Source: Candidatus Aenigmatarchaeota archaeon
Lineage (GTDB): Archaea; Aenigmatarchaeota; Aenigmatarchaeia; CG10238-14; SCSR01
Length of the DNA: 64,000 nucleotides
Reading direction: 5' to 3'
Assembly (NCBI GenBank): GCA_038999725.1
Contig: JAWBWS010000004.1
Location: 717-64,716, forward strand
Shown: positions 8,256-17,916 of the stretch, piece by piece
How the letters are laid out: each line of letters begins with the position of its first letter
Numbering within the stretch: the first letter of the stretch is position 1
Program-made: the position numbers and the translations under genes
Notes under the pieces: model-generated
The model's database searches: none
What the model was told of the DNA's origin: nothing
What the model saw: the letters and a program-made list of their open reading frames with translations, nothing else

Positions 8256-9797
8256 TCATGTCAACCAATCTTTTAAACTCACTTTCTTTTTGCTCCTTTT
8301 CTTCATATCATACAAAATTCCCTTCATCTTCTTTTCTTTCTGGAAAGCAGCCCAGTAATATGATTCATCTCTTGTGTCCTTTGTCAAGAGAAAAATTACT
8401 TTCCCCTCACTTTGTCTTCCAACTCTTCCTTTTCTTTGTATATTTCTAATTTCACTTGGCACACTCTCGTAAAAAATGGCATAATCAGTAGCGACTATAT
8501 CCAAACCTTCCTCTCCTATGCTTGTTGTGACCAAAACATTAAATTCACCATCTCTAAACCTTCTTAAGACTTCAATTTGTTCTTGCTGCGTCATCCCTTT
8601 CTCTTCTTTGTTTGCCTGTCCTATTAATATCTCGGATTTTATTCCCTCCTTCTTCAGAGTTTCATTTATTTTTTCCACAGTAGCTCTGTAATTTGCGAAA
8701 ACTATAATTTTCGCCTTGGAATTTTCCCTCAATAAATCATTAATCAAAAATCTGAGTTTTGTAAGTTTAGGATGTTCTACTCCATTTTTTCTTATTTTTT
8801 CTATAAGTCTCAAAACCTCTTTCATTCTCACATCATTTGCAATCTTCTTGTCAACCCTTTTTTTACTTTTCATAAACTTTTGTAGGTAATCATAAAGAGA
8901 TGAAATTTCCTGTGTTTCAAGAAGTTCCATAGCATGCTCAATTTTTATCGCTTCAGCTAGCTTCATCATCGCCCAAGCAAGCGTGTAATTTTTCGAGCCT
9001 TGCATGTATTTAGCCGCAATAACATTCTGTAAATTGAGCAAGAGCTTTTTTGGTGGCCTGCTCGTGTTGAGGAAGCCGTGATCTTTAAGCCAAGCTATTG
9101 GCTCTTTCAGCATTTGCTCAAGCAAACCTTTAATCATTTTCATCTCTTCTGGCAAATCAACATAAATCCAGTCTTTGAATATAGGTTTCACATACACCTT
9201 AACATCTTCATCAGCTTCTGTTCTTATTTCAACAGCTTCTATGAAAAGATTTTCTTTTATTTCTTCAATTCTTTCAAAGCTACCGCCAGGAGAGGCTGTC
9301 AAGCCAAGAATTAAAGGGCGCTTTGCCTGTTCTTTATATTTCTTTGCAACAAAAGTGTAAGAATACTCTTTCACACAACGGTGGCATTCGTCGAAAACTG
9401 CCAAAGAAAAATTTTCCAAATTAATTCTTCCAGCCTCCAAATCATTCTCAATTGTTTGTGGTGTTGCAATTATCACCTTGCTTTTTTGGTAAATTTCACT
9501 CCTCTTTTCAGGTTTTATTTTTCCTGTAACGAGGGCAATTTCCTCTTCTTTCAAATCTGTAAACTTTTCAAAGCTTTTTTTATGTTGAGCATTTAAAGGT
9601 CTAGTTGGTGCCATCACCAATACCTTGCTTTCAGGAAAATCGTTAAGCCTTTTTATTGCAACAATCATAGCTATTAGAGTTTTCCCCATCCCAGTTGGTA
9701 ACACAACTAAAGTGTTTTTCTTACTTGCAGTTTCTGCTATATTTTTTTGATATTCTCTTGGTTCGATATCCTTTAAGCTTGTCATACTATTCTCCAA
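8256..9797 (-). CDS. Hef/FANCM-like SF2 helicase (helicase half)
   Basis: PREYQ, LPTGMGKT, DECH, GLTASPG, TSIGEEGLD, QRKGRVGR. Confidence 0.93.
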   Translation of the reverse strand: MENSMTSLKDIEPREYQKNIAETASKKNTLVVLPTGMGKTLIAMIVAIKRLNDFPESKVLVMAPTRPLNAQHKKSFEKFTDLKEEEIALVTGKIKPEKRSEIYQKSKVIIATPQTIENDLEAGRINLENFSLAVFDECHRCVKEYSYTFVAKKYKEQAKRPLILGLTASPGGSFERIEEIKENLFIEAVEIRTEADEDVKVYVKPIFKDWIYVDLPEEMKMIKGLLEQMLKEPIAWLKDHGFLNTSRPPKKLLLNLQNVIAAKYMQGSKNYTLAWAMMKLAEAIKIEHAMELLETQEISSLYDYLQKFMKSKKRVDKKIANDVRMKEVLRLIEKIRKNGVEHPKLTKLRFLINDLLRENSKAKIIVFANYRATVEKINETLKKEGIKSEILIGQANKEEKGMTQQEQIEVLRRFRDGEFNVLVTTSIGEEGLDIVATDYAIFYESVPSEIRNIQRKGRVGRQSEGKVIFLLTKDTRDESYYWAAFQKEKKMKGILYDMKKRSKKKVSLKDWLT

Positions 9798-10200
9798 TTA
9801 CAGTTACAGAAACTTCTCTTTCTCTCGCTTCAAACATTTCAACAAAAAAAATGTTTTGCCAAGTGCCGAGCAAAAGCTTCCCATCTTTTAATGGAATGGT
9901 TAAGAAAGTTTTTAATAAATTTGATTTAATGTGAGCGGTTGCATTTATATTGCCTTCATAATCGTGAAAATACTTCTCTCTCAAAGGTAATATTTTCTCT
10001 AAAAATTTTATCAAGTCTTTTTGGATGGATTTATCATGCTCTTGAATTATAAGCGCTGCTGTATTGTGTAAAGCGTTGAGAAAAACCATACCATTTTTAA
10101 TTTTCGATTCCTTAACCGCTTTTTCAACTTCATCTGTTATCTTCACGAACTCATTTGTCCCTCTAGTTTTGATCTTTATATTCTTTTGGAAAATTTTCAT
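9787..10200 (-). CDS. YjbQ/UPF0047 family protein
   Basis: HNTAAL, NATAHIKS, LLGTWQNIFFVE. Confidence 0.9.
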   Translation of the reverse strand: MKIFQKNIKIKTRGTNEFVKITDEVEKAVKESKIKNGMVFLNALHNTAALIIQEHDKSIQKDLIKFLEKILPLREKYFHDYEGNINATAHIKSNLLKTFLTIPLKDGKLLLGTWQNIFFVEMFEAREREVSVTVIGE

Positions 10201-10238
10201 AGTTAAATTTTAATTAGATTTAAATATAAGCAGTTACC

Positions 10239-10919
10239 ATGAGAGTTGCTGTGTTGTTCAGTGGAGGGAAAGACTCAACTTATGCTACTTACCTTGCTAA
10301 AAAACAGGGCTATGAAATCAAGTATTTGGTCACAATAATTCCTCAAAGAGAAGACTCTTGGATGTTTCATTATCCTTGCATAAATTTAACAAAATTGCAA
10401 GCCAAGGCCCTTGGTATTAGGCAAATAACACAAAAAACAAAGGGTGAAAGGGGAAAAGAGCTTGAAGATTTAAAGAGAATTTTGGAAAAAATAAAAAATG
10501 ATATTGATGCTGTAATCTCTGGTGCTATTGCTAGCAACTATCAAAAATCAAGAATCGATGAAGTTTGCAAGGAGTTGGACATTAAGCATTTAACTCCACT
10601 TTGGCAGAAAGATCAAGAAGAAGTTTTGAAGGAAGAGTTGAATGCCGGTTTTGAAATTATGATAACAGGAGTTTTCTCAGAAGGTTTTGACGAAAGTTGG
10701 TTGGGAAGAAGAATTGATGAAGAAGTAGTAAAAGAGCTCTTGAAGCTCAAGAGGAGATTTGGAATTTATGTTAGTGGCGAGGGCGGTGAATATGAGACTA
10801 TTGTTTTAAATTGCCCTTTGTTCAAGAAGAGAATTGAAATTTCTAGCTTCAAGAAAATTTGGGACGAGAAGACAAAAAGTGGATACATTGTTGTTAAAAG
10901 GGTTAAACTTAAGAGTTGA
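10239..10919 (+). CDS. dph6: Diphthine--ammonia ligase (Dph6 family PP-loop ATPase)
   Basis: LFSGGKDS, SWMFH, GAIASNYQ, GEGGEYET. Confidence 0.9.
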   Translation: MRVAVLFSGGKDSTYATYLAKKQGYEIKYLVTIIPQREDSWMFHYPCINLTKLQAKALGIRQITQKTKGERGKELEDLKRILEKIKNDIDAVISGAIASNYQKSRIDEVCKELDIKHLTPLWQKDQEEVLKEELNAGFEIMITGVFSEGFDESWLGRRIDEEVVKELLKLKRRFGIYVSGEGGEYETIVLNCPLFKKRIEISSFKKIWDEKTKSGYIVVKRVKLKS

Positions 10920-10956
10920 TTCAACTTTTTATTCTTCTTCACCATATCTTTATTTG

Positions 10957-12372
10957 ATGGTTAAACTCGTTTTTTATGGTGGGGTTAATGAAATAGGCGG
11001 AAACAAAATTTTGATTGAAGATGAAGAAACGAGAATATTTCTCGATTTTGGCATGAGTTTTGCTCAATCTTCCAAATATTTTTCAGAATTTTTACAACCT
11101 AGAGTTTGTTCTGGCTTGAGCGACTTGATAGAACTTGGGATAATTCCAGACTTGAAAGGAATTTACAGGAATGATTTACTTGCTCACGAAGGCAAACCTT
11201 TGACAGAAAAGCCAATGATAGATGCGGTTTTTCTCTCACACGCTCATGCTGATCATAGCTGGAATATATCTTTACTTCATCCAGAAATTCCAATTTTTTG
11301 CGGCGAAACCACAAAGCTCATGCTCAAAGCAGCTCAAGAAACTTCTCGAGGTTTATATTATGAAGATTTTTACATTTATCGGGAATGTTTTGTGGATAGA
11401 AGGAAAAAACCTGAAAAAGAGAGAAATTTCAAGACTTTTAGAACTGGAGACAAGATAAAAATTAAAGACATAGAAGTTGAGCCTATTCATGTCGATCACA
11501 GCATTCCTGGAGCTTACGGGTTTTTAGTCCACACATCATCTGGAACAATAGCTTATTCTGGTGACATAAGAATGCATGGCCCAAAGAAAGAGATGAGTGA
11601 AGATTTCATACAAGCAGCAAGAAAAGAAAGATCAGAAGCCCTCATCTTGGAAGGCACAAACATAGATAATCGAATGGTAAGTTTAACCGAGAATCAAGTC
11701 TTTAAAACTGTTACCAAACTAATTTCACAAACTAAGAAGCTTGTGCTTTGTGATTTTCCAATAAGGGATGTAGATAGACTCAAAACTTTTTTTGAAGCTG
11801 GAAGGAAAAATGGTAGAAAATTTGTTACAAACATGAAGCAAGCTTATTTGATAGAGCTTCTGAATAAAGAAGATAAAAAACTAGAGCTTCCTAGTTTGGA
11901 TGAATTCCAAATATTCCTTCATAAGAGCAGTTGGGGAAATTACGAAAAGCAAGACTACTACAAATGGCAGCAAAAATTTTTAGATTACCCAAATGTGATA
12001 AAAGCCGAAGATTTAGCAAAACAACAGGAAAAATTTGTCCTCTACATGGAGTTTTTTGATTTGACCGAACTTCTGGATATAAAACCATCAAATGGAAGCT
12101 TGTTTATTCATTCTTTAACAGAGCCTTTCAATGAAGAAATGGCTTTAGATTTCAATAAGATGTTGAACTGGTTGAACAAGTTTAAAATCCCATTTAAACA
12201 CGTCCACGCTTCCGGACATGCGGACATATCTCAACTCAAAAAAATTGCTGAAGGAATATCTCCAAAGAAAATTTTTCCAATTCACACGGAGAGGCCAGAT
12301 CTTTTCATCAACCTCACTAAAAAGGCTAAGGTTATTATACCAGAAGTTGGAAGGGGTATTGAGGTTTTTTAA
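10957..12372 (+). CDS. MBL-fold beta-CASP hydrolase, RNase J-like
   Basis: GGVNEIGGN, SHAHADH, VDHSIPGA, YSGD, HASGH, PIHTE; start placed at ATG 10957. Confidence 0.88.
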   Translation: MVKLVFYGGVNEIGGNKILIEDEETRIFLDFGMSFAQSSKYFSEFLQPRVCSGLSDLIELGIIPDLKGIYRNDLLAHEGKPLTEKPMIDAVFLSHAHADHSWNISLLHPEIPIFCGETTKLMLKAAQETSRGLYYEDFYIYRECFVDRRKKPEKERNFKTFRTGDKIKIKDIEVEPIHVDHSIPGAYGFLVHTSSGTIAYSGDIRMHGPKKEMSEDFIQAARKERSEALILEGTNIDNRMVSLTENQVFKTVTKLISQTKKLVLCDFPIRDVDRLKTFFEAGRKNGRKFVTNMKQAYLIELLNKEDKKLELPSLDEFQIFLHKSSWGNYEKQDYYKWQQKFLDYPNVIKAEDLAKQQEKFVLYMEFFDLTELLDIKPSNGSLFIHSLTEPFNEEMALDFNKMLNWLNKFKIPFKHVHASGHADISQLKKIAEGISPKKIFPIHTERPDLFINLTKKAKVIIPEVGRGIEVF

Positions 12373-12752
12373 TGTCAAAAGGAGTTTATTCTTTGTTAAT
12401 AGAACTCGAGAAAGATCAAGAAATAAGAATAGGTAAGCTTGGCAAGTTCAAATTTCCAAAAGGCTTTTACATCTATACAGGCTCGGCTTTAAACAACCTA
12501 GAATCAAGATTGAATAGGCATTTCAGAAAACAAAAGAAAAAATTTTGGCACATTGATTATTTCCTTGCAAACAAATATGCTAAGATAGTAAGTGTATTAA
12601 AAATTAAAACAGGCTTAAGGCTGGAGTGTAAGCTCAACCAAACAATACAAAAGAATTTGAAAGCTTCAATTCTTGTGAAAAAATTTGGCTCTTCTGATTG
12701 TGATTGTGAAAGCCATTTTCTTTACTTACAGAATAATTATTCAAAAAGCTAA
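12372..12752 (+). CDS. GIY-YIG nuclease (DUF123 family)
   Basis: GVYSL, YIYTGSA, RLNRH, WHIDYFL, FGSSDCDCESH. Confidence 0.88.
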   Translation: MSKGVYSLLIELEKDQEIRIGKLGKFKFPKGFYIYTGSALNNLESRLNRHFRKQKKKFWHIDYFLANKYAKIVSVLKIKTGLRLECKLNQTIQKNLKASILVKKFGSSDCDCESHFLYLQNNYSKS

Positions 12753-12761
12753 ATTTTTGTT

Positions 12762-13136
12762 ATGGGGTTGATCAAAAATTTGGTAGGTTTTGGTTTAATT
12801 TTCTTGGCATGGTTTAATCCATTTGAGTTATTTTTCCCATTCAGGTTAACTTTTTTCATCATTGGCTTTGATTTAACTAGCTGGCAGGCAAAGCTCATCT
12901 TATTCCTAATTAATTTTTTCTTCCCCTTATTTGGTGAAGAAGGTTTGTTTTTGGTTTGGGTTCTTCTCTTCTTGCTGATTGTGGAATTCATTTTTTCTCA
13001 CTTCAAAATTTTAAAAATTTTGATCATAATTTCCAAGCCATTGATAATTTTCTTCTCCCTTTTATCGGCTTTGAGCGATTTTCAGCTAGCTTTGATAATA
13101 GCTGGAATAGATTTAATTTTAAATTTGAAACACTAG
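12762..13136 (+). CDS. Small hydrophobic membrane protein
   Basis: 124 aa, very hydrophobic, co-oriented with the upstream genes. Confidence 0.6.
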   Translation: MGLIKNLVGFGLIFLAWFNPFELFFPFRLTFFIIGFDLTSWQAKLILFLINFFFPLFGEEGLFLVWVLLFLLIVEFIFSHFKILKILIIISKPLIIFFSLLSALSDFQLALIIAGIDLILNLKH

Positions 13137-13147
13137 CTTTTAATTAA

Positions 13148-13242
13148 GCCGAGGTCGCCTAACTGGTAGGGCACCGGTCTCGAAAACCGGCGGGCGCAAA
13201 ATTTTGCGTAAGCCCATGTGGGTTCAAATCCCACCCTCGGCG
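13148..13242 (+). tRNA. tRNA-Ser(CGA) with probable 12-nt intron in the variable arm (13200-13211)
   Basis: Acceptor GCCGAGG/CCTCGGC, anticodon arm CCGGT-CT-CGA-AA-ACCGG, T arm GTGGG-TTCAAAT-CCCAC. Confidence 0.93.
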
Positions 13243-13532
13243 CAATCAAATCTTTATATGCTTTTCGCTTTTTCTCCTTCTGACACCTTTTGGGATAAAG
13301 TTCAAAAAATAAGGAAGTTTTGTGAAAAGGAAAAATTGAATCAATACTGGCAAAAACTGAATGAAATTGCAGAAAAAGATAGGTTTTGTTGTTGATACAG
13401 CTAAAAACATCTTTGAACCCCAGAGATCTTACCATTTAATTTGTTGCCACAGCTTCTATTTCTACACCAGATTTAGTGGGATATGCAAAATCAAAGATAG
13501 AAGCATTGTATCAAATTAGTAAACGAAGCAAT

Positions 13533-14180
13533 TCAAACTACTTTCATCGCTTTATATAACATCTTTTCTAATTTCATTAAATTTTTTTGGTAAGGAGTGG
13601 TAGCAAGGTTGATGCTACTTTCTAGAACTTCTCTTGGAGTACAAGGTATGAGGTTAAATAAATCAGTACTCACAAAAAATAGATCTTTGTTAAACTCTTC
13701 CCCATATCCCAAATTAAGCAATATTCTATCTGAGATGGACTTAACCTTTTCCCATCTCTTATCCCTTTTAACTTCTTCTTCATTTCTAGGATCGTCTGCC
13801 GACAAGCATTCTATTCGATACTCTTCTCCCAAAATTTTTCTAGCATCATAACTTAACCTTGGAATGTGCCAATAGTTTGAAATAGGATATACTTTATCTA
13901 TGTGTTCTAGACGATTAAGAAGAGAAAGTAACATCTTGCAATAATATAAGTTAGATAATGTACTATAAGAAAATGGCTCTACCATAATTTTTTTTCTATC
14001 GACGCCTTTATTTGATATGTAAGAAGTAATTGGATCCGCCTCATTTTTTCCACAAACTATGAGCATATCTACTGTAGAATTGTCATATGCTTTAATTGCT
14101 ATGTCAGCTCTTGCCTTTGTATGAAGTTGTAAACTCCCGTCTGGATTAACACCAGCTCCATGAACTATTCCTACTTTCAT
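13533..14180 (-). CDS. YdcF/DUF218 family protein
   Basis: IVHGAG, RADIA, EPFSYSTLSN, SNYWHIPR; start placed at ATG 14180. Confidence 0.75.
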   Translation of the reverse strand: MKVGIVHGAGVNPDGSLQLHTKARADIAIKAYDNSTVDMLIVCGKNEADPITSYISNKGVDRKKIMVEPFSYSTLSNLYYCKMLLSLLNRLEHIDKVYPISNYWHIPRLSYDARKILGEEYRIECLSADDPRNEEEVKRDKRWEKVKSISDRILLNLGYGEEFNKDLFFVSTDLFNLIPCTPREVLESSINLATTPYQKNLMKLEKMLYKAMKVV

Positions 14181-14214
14181 GATATTGTATAAAATCATAA
14201 AAGATTTAAATCTT

Positions 14215-14460
14215 TCATCTACATTTCCAGTACACAATCACAAAGAAAAAGATTATAACGATAAAGGAAAATAATATTATCCAAACAGAAAATTCTGTAA
14301 CCGCTACTTGATATCCTGTGCTTGATGGCTGTGAAATCCAGATGAATTTACCTTGTAAAGAAGAAAAAAATATTAAAACAATAACTGATAATATGACTAA
14401 GATTGAAACTATTGTACTTCTCTTATGAAACTTCCATACTTCTTTTAATATCTCTTCCAT
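14215..14460 (-). CDS. Small two-TM membrane protein
   Basis: Two hydrophobic segments; overlaps neighbouring genes in operon style. Confidence 0.55.
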   Translation of the reverse strand: MEEILKEVWKFHKRSTIVSILVILSVIVLIFFSSLQGKFIWISQPSSTGYQVAVTEFSVWIILFSFIVIIFFFVIVYWKCR

Positions 14461-14858
14461 TTAAACCATCTTAAATCTATATCACATATTTGGTGTGCTA
14501 ATAGATTAATTCCAACGATTAAAGAATATTGAGGAAAAAGATTTAAAGTTAACGAATACAATAGAAGTGAGATTATAGCATGGAAAATTGTTCTACTTCG
14601 AGATGGATAATGTAATTTCCCTCCTTCATAAAATTCGGCGAATAATTTGCTGGGCATATATTTTTCTCTTAAAATGATTTTCATTGCACTTTTCCCCTTT
14701 ACCATAACAGAATATAAAAGATGATCCAAGTCTATTAAAGTACCGAAAATCACACCCAAAAAAATCCAAAACATACCAGTTTGGATATCTAAACCAAGAT
14801 ATGCAACTACTACGTAAGAAATTACTAAACTTACGGCAGCATGTTGCCAAAGATACAT
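14445..14858 (-). CDS. Membrane-bound metal-dependent hydrolase-like protein (YdjM-like)
   Basis: N-terminal H, GTLIDLDH, RTIFH, AHQICD motifs within TM segments. Confidence 0.65.
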   Translation of the reverse strand: MYLWQHAAVSLVISYVVVAYLGLDIQTGMFWIFLGVIFGTLIDLDHLLYSVMVKGKSAMKIILREKYMPSKLFAEFYEGGKLHYPSRSRTIFHAIISLLLYSLTLNLFPQYSLIVGINLLAHQICDIDLRWFKWKRY

Positions 14859-14997
14859 TATTAGAAATTGAGAGTTATAGAATAAAATTTTTTAACTGTT
14901 GAATTTTTCGCTAGAATTTTTGTTATTTTGTGTGCTTTCTTATATTTTGCTTAGATTTTTTATTAAGGCTTTGTGGATGATTTCTGTTATTCAGCTC

Positions 14998-15147
14998 AAA
15001 AGATCTAGAAGGTTTAGAAGAAGTAGCTGCTAAGAAAATGAATATATCTCAACCAACCTTTAACAGGCTAGTTACTTCCGCAAGAAAAAAATTGCTGATG
15101 CTATAGTTAATGGAAAAGCAATTAAAATTGAAGGGGGAATTTTGTAG
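14998..15147 (+). pseudogene. DUF134/UPF0251 HTH protein remnant
   Basis: KDLEGLEEVAAKKMNISQPTFNRLVTSARKK, then a frameshift in the A-run into ADAIVNGKAIKIEGG; no start codon or N-terminus found. Confidence 0.75.
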
Positions 15148-15398
15148 TAGCTAGGAGATTTAGAAGATGTGGAAAATGATGTAAAAAAGATAAAAGTTTG
15201 GATAAATATTTTAAGCGGAACACCAAGAGGAACATAAATAACATAAGCAACAAAGACACATAACATTCAATAAAATGTCAGGAAATGCTAATTCCAACAA
15301 AACAGTTCAAACTAGAGTTCATTCCCTATCCTAGGCGTCCTTGTGGCCAGAAAAAGATTTAAAACTCTAGCATCAGAGTTTAAAAAGTAGAAGTTATT

Positions 15399-15899
15399 CT
15401 AAATTTTTTTTAAAATATTCTTTTCTCGATTATAAATTTCTTCTAATTCTTCATCTGTCAAAACTTTTATACTTTCCCTTTTTAGCAGGGCTGTTGTTAC
15501 ACCATCGCCAGATATATATTTCTTGTAGTATTGGTTGCCACCAAGGGTTTTTCCACGACCACAAGAAGGGCTGTATTGATTTAGATAAGCCATTTTTATG
15601 TTATGTTTCTTAGCTATTTCCAAGACCTTATAGGCACCTTTAATAAAATTTTCTGTGACATCTTTTCCTTCTTCGTCTATAACTATAGTTTTTCCATCAA
15701 GGACAGCATTTCCATCAAATTCTTCATCTTTAGACAGAATTCTCGCCGCACTTCTGGGTGTTGGAAGACCACCCAAAACTTCTGGGCATATAGGATAGGC
15801 AATACCTTTCTTAACTAATTCCAATATTTTTTGATTAGTTCTGCTCCTTCCTCTATAATTACATTTGATGCCAGTCAAGCAGGCACTCACCAAAATCAT
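15399..15899 (-). CDS. DUF523 family (2-thiouracil desulfurase-like)
   Basis: ILVSACLTG, CPEVLGGLPTPR, SPSCG, GDGVTTALL. Confidence 0.9.
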   Translation of the reverse strand: MILVSACLTGIKCNYRGRSRTNQKILELVKKGIAYPICPEVLGGLPTPRSAARILSKDEEFDGNAVLDGKTIVIDEEGKDVTENFIKGAYKVLEIAKKHNIKMAYLNQYSPSCGRGKTLGGNQYYKKYISGDGVTTALLKRESIKVLTDEELEEIYNREKNILKKI

Positions 15900-16012
15900 C
15901 TCACACCAACTTTTCTCATAAATACTTTAAATCCAGGGTATAAAAATCCCGAAGAAAGCTTTGGTAAATTCCACAATAATTATAAATTTAGTTAAAGGCT
16001 GAATTATTTTTT

Positions 16013-16690
16013 ATGAAGCCTGTGATAGAATTAAGACAAGTTAGTAAAGTTTACAAAATGGACGAAGTTGAAGTAATAGCCTTAAAAGAAATAAATCTCA
16101 AAATAATGGAAAAAGAATTTGTAGCTATAATTGGGCCTTCTGGTTCTGGAAAATCCACACTTTTACATTTGATGGGCTTGCTTGATAAGCCAACAACAGG
16201 AAAAATTTTTTTGGATGGCATAGATGTTTCAAAACTAAATGACAAACAGCTTGCAAAGTTAAGAGGAGAAAAAATAGGTTTTGTATTTCAATTTTTTAAC
16301 CTATATCCAACTTTAACTGCCTTGGAAAATGTTAAGCTACCAATGACGATCGCTAAAAAAGATAAGAAGGAAAGTGAGAAACGTGCAATCGAGCTTTTGA
16401 AAAAAGTTGGTTTGGAAAAGAGAGCCAATCACCTACCTTCTCAATTGTCGGGAGGGGAAAGGCAAAGGGTAGCAATAGCAAGAGCTTTGGCAAATAACCC
16501 TTCTCTAATTTTAGCCGACGAACCTACAGGAAACCTTGATTCAAAAACTGGGGAAGAGATAATGAAAATATTCGATAAGCTACAGGAAGAGGGTAAAACT
16601 GTTGTGGTGGTAACACATGAAATTAATATAGCAAAATATGCTGAAAGACTAATTTATTTAAAAGATGGGAGAATAATTAAAGAGGGATGA
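16013..16690 (+). CDS. ABC transporter ATP-binding protein (LolD/MacB type)
   Basis: GPSGSGKST, LSGGERQR, LADEPTGNLD, VTH. Confidence 0.95.
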   Translation: MKPVIELRQVSKVYKMDEVEVIALKEINLKIMEKEFVAIIGPSGSGKSTLLHLMGLLDKPTTGKIFLDGIDVSKLNDKQLAKLRGEKIGFVFQFFNLYPTLTALENVKLPMTIAKKDKKESEKRAIELLKKVGLEKRANHLPSQLSGGERQRVAIARALANNPSLILADEPTGNLDSKTGEEIMKIFDKLQEEGKTVVVVTHEINIAKYAERLIYLKDGRIIKEG

Positions 16691-17916
16691 AAATGAAAAA
16701 GAAAATTTTCCTTATATTTTTGGTTTTAATTTGTATAATAAGCTTTGACAATGCTCAAGCTGATCCAATAATTCAGGCTACTTTTTCAGTTTACCCCCTT
16801 ACCATTTATCCAGGAAGTGATGGCTACATTCAAATGGTTTTGAAGAACACTGGAAATGCCATTGCCACCCAAGTTAAAATTTCAAGAGTTTCTTCTGATG
16901 CACCAATAAAAATTTCTGGAGATTGGATCTCTGGGTTAGGTGGTTTAGGCATAGGTGATACCGCCACACTACTTTTTAAATTTTCAGTTTTGAACACGGC
17001 TTCTCCAGGTTTGTACAATGTGAAATTTGATATAGATTACTGCCAAGATTCTGGTTGTAAAACAATAACACCAAATGCTATAATTAACATTCAATCTCCA
17101 CCAAATGTTCAATTAGTTTCCATCTCACCATCTTATCTTAAACCCAGAGAAAGAACAAATATAACTTTCACCATAGCAAACAAGGGTAATGTACCAATAA
17201 ACAATTTGATTTTCAGTTGGTCTGCATCCAGCTATATATTGCCAATTGGTTATGACAATAGGGTAATAATTCCATATTTGCCGCCAAATTCCATTCATGA
17301 GATTGAAAGAGAGGTTGCCGTCAGCTCAAGTGCAACTCCTGGTGTTTATCCTGTAACTATAATCTTCCAATACACAGACAAGTCTGGAACAAATCAAACA
17401 ATAACTTCAATAGCAGGGATTGAAATAACTGGTGAAACTGATTTTGAAGTAAGTGTTCAAGAAGCTTCTTCTTCATCTTTAACTTTAACTATAGCAAACA
17501 CGGGAATGAACCCAGCCTATTCAGTCCTCGTGAGAATTCCTAAACAAGAAAGTCTTTTCGTCATTGGTAGTTCTTCAAATATTATCGGCAATTTAAATCC
17601 AGGCGATTACACTTTCACAACTTTTCAGCTTATTAGCTTACCAAATGCTACAGATAAAAGGCATCTTTTGATTGAAATTCATTACACTGATGTTTTGGGT
17701 TTAAGAAGAATCCTGGAAAAAGAAATAAATACTTTCGAGCTAAGAACATTTTCCAATAGAACCATTCCAACCATCTCAAGATCTAGAACCATGAGCTCCC
17801 CTTTAACAAGCAACAGCACATTTTACATAATAATTGGAGTTGTGGGGATAATCCTAATCATAATTGTACTGAATTTTTTTGTTTTCAAAAGATTCAAAAC
17901 TTTTAAAAGGAAATGA
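16687..17916 (+). CDS. COG1361-type S-layer/CARDB-domain membrane-anchored protein
   Basis: Signal peptide, repeated N.G...A and PG.Y motifs, C-terminal TM plus basic tail; located within the ABC operon. Confidence 0.8.
   Translation: MKMKKKIFLIFLVLICIISFDNAQADPIIQATFSVYPLTIYPGSDGYIQMVLKNTGNAIATQVKISRVSSDAPIKISGDWISGLGGLGIGDTATLLFKFSVLNTASPGLYNVKFDIDYCQDSGCKTITPNAIINIQSPPNVQLVSISPSYLKPRERTNITFTIANKGNVPINNLIFSWSASSYILPIGYDNRVIIPYLPPNSIHEIEREVAVSSSATPGVYPVTIIFQYTDKSGTNQTITSIAGIEITGETDFEVSVQEASSSSLTLTIANTGMNPAYSVLVRIPKQESLFVIGSSSNIIGNLNPGDYTFTTFQLISLPNATDKRHLLIEIHYTDVLGLRRILEKEINTFELRTFSNRTIPTISRSRTMSSPLTSNSTFYIIIGVVGIILIIIVLNFFVFKRFKTFKRK

Noticed and set aside
13133..13435. ORFs overlapping tRNA-Ser (also those over tRNA-Gly at 22084..22311 and tRNA-His at 62258..62452)
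   Set aside because: Spurious translations of tRNA genes.
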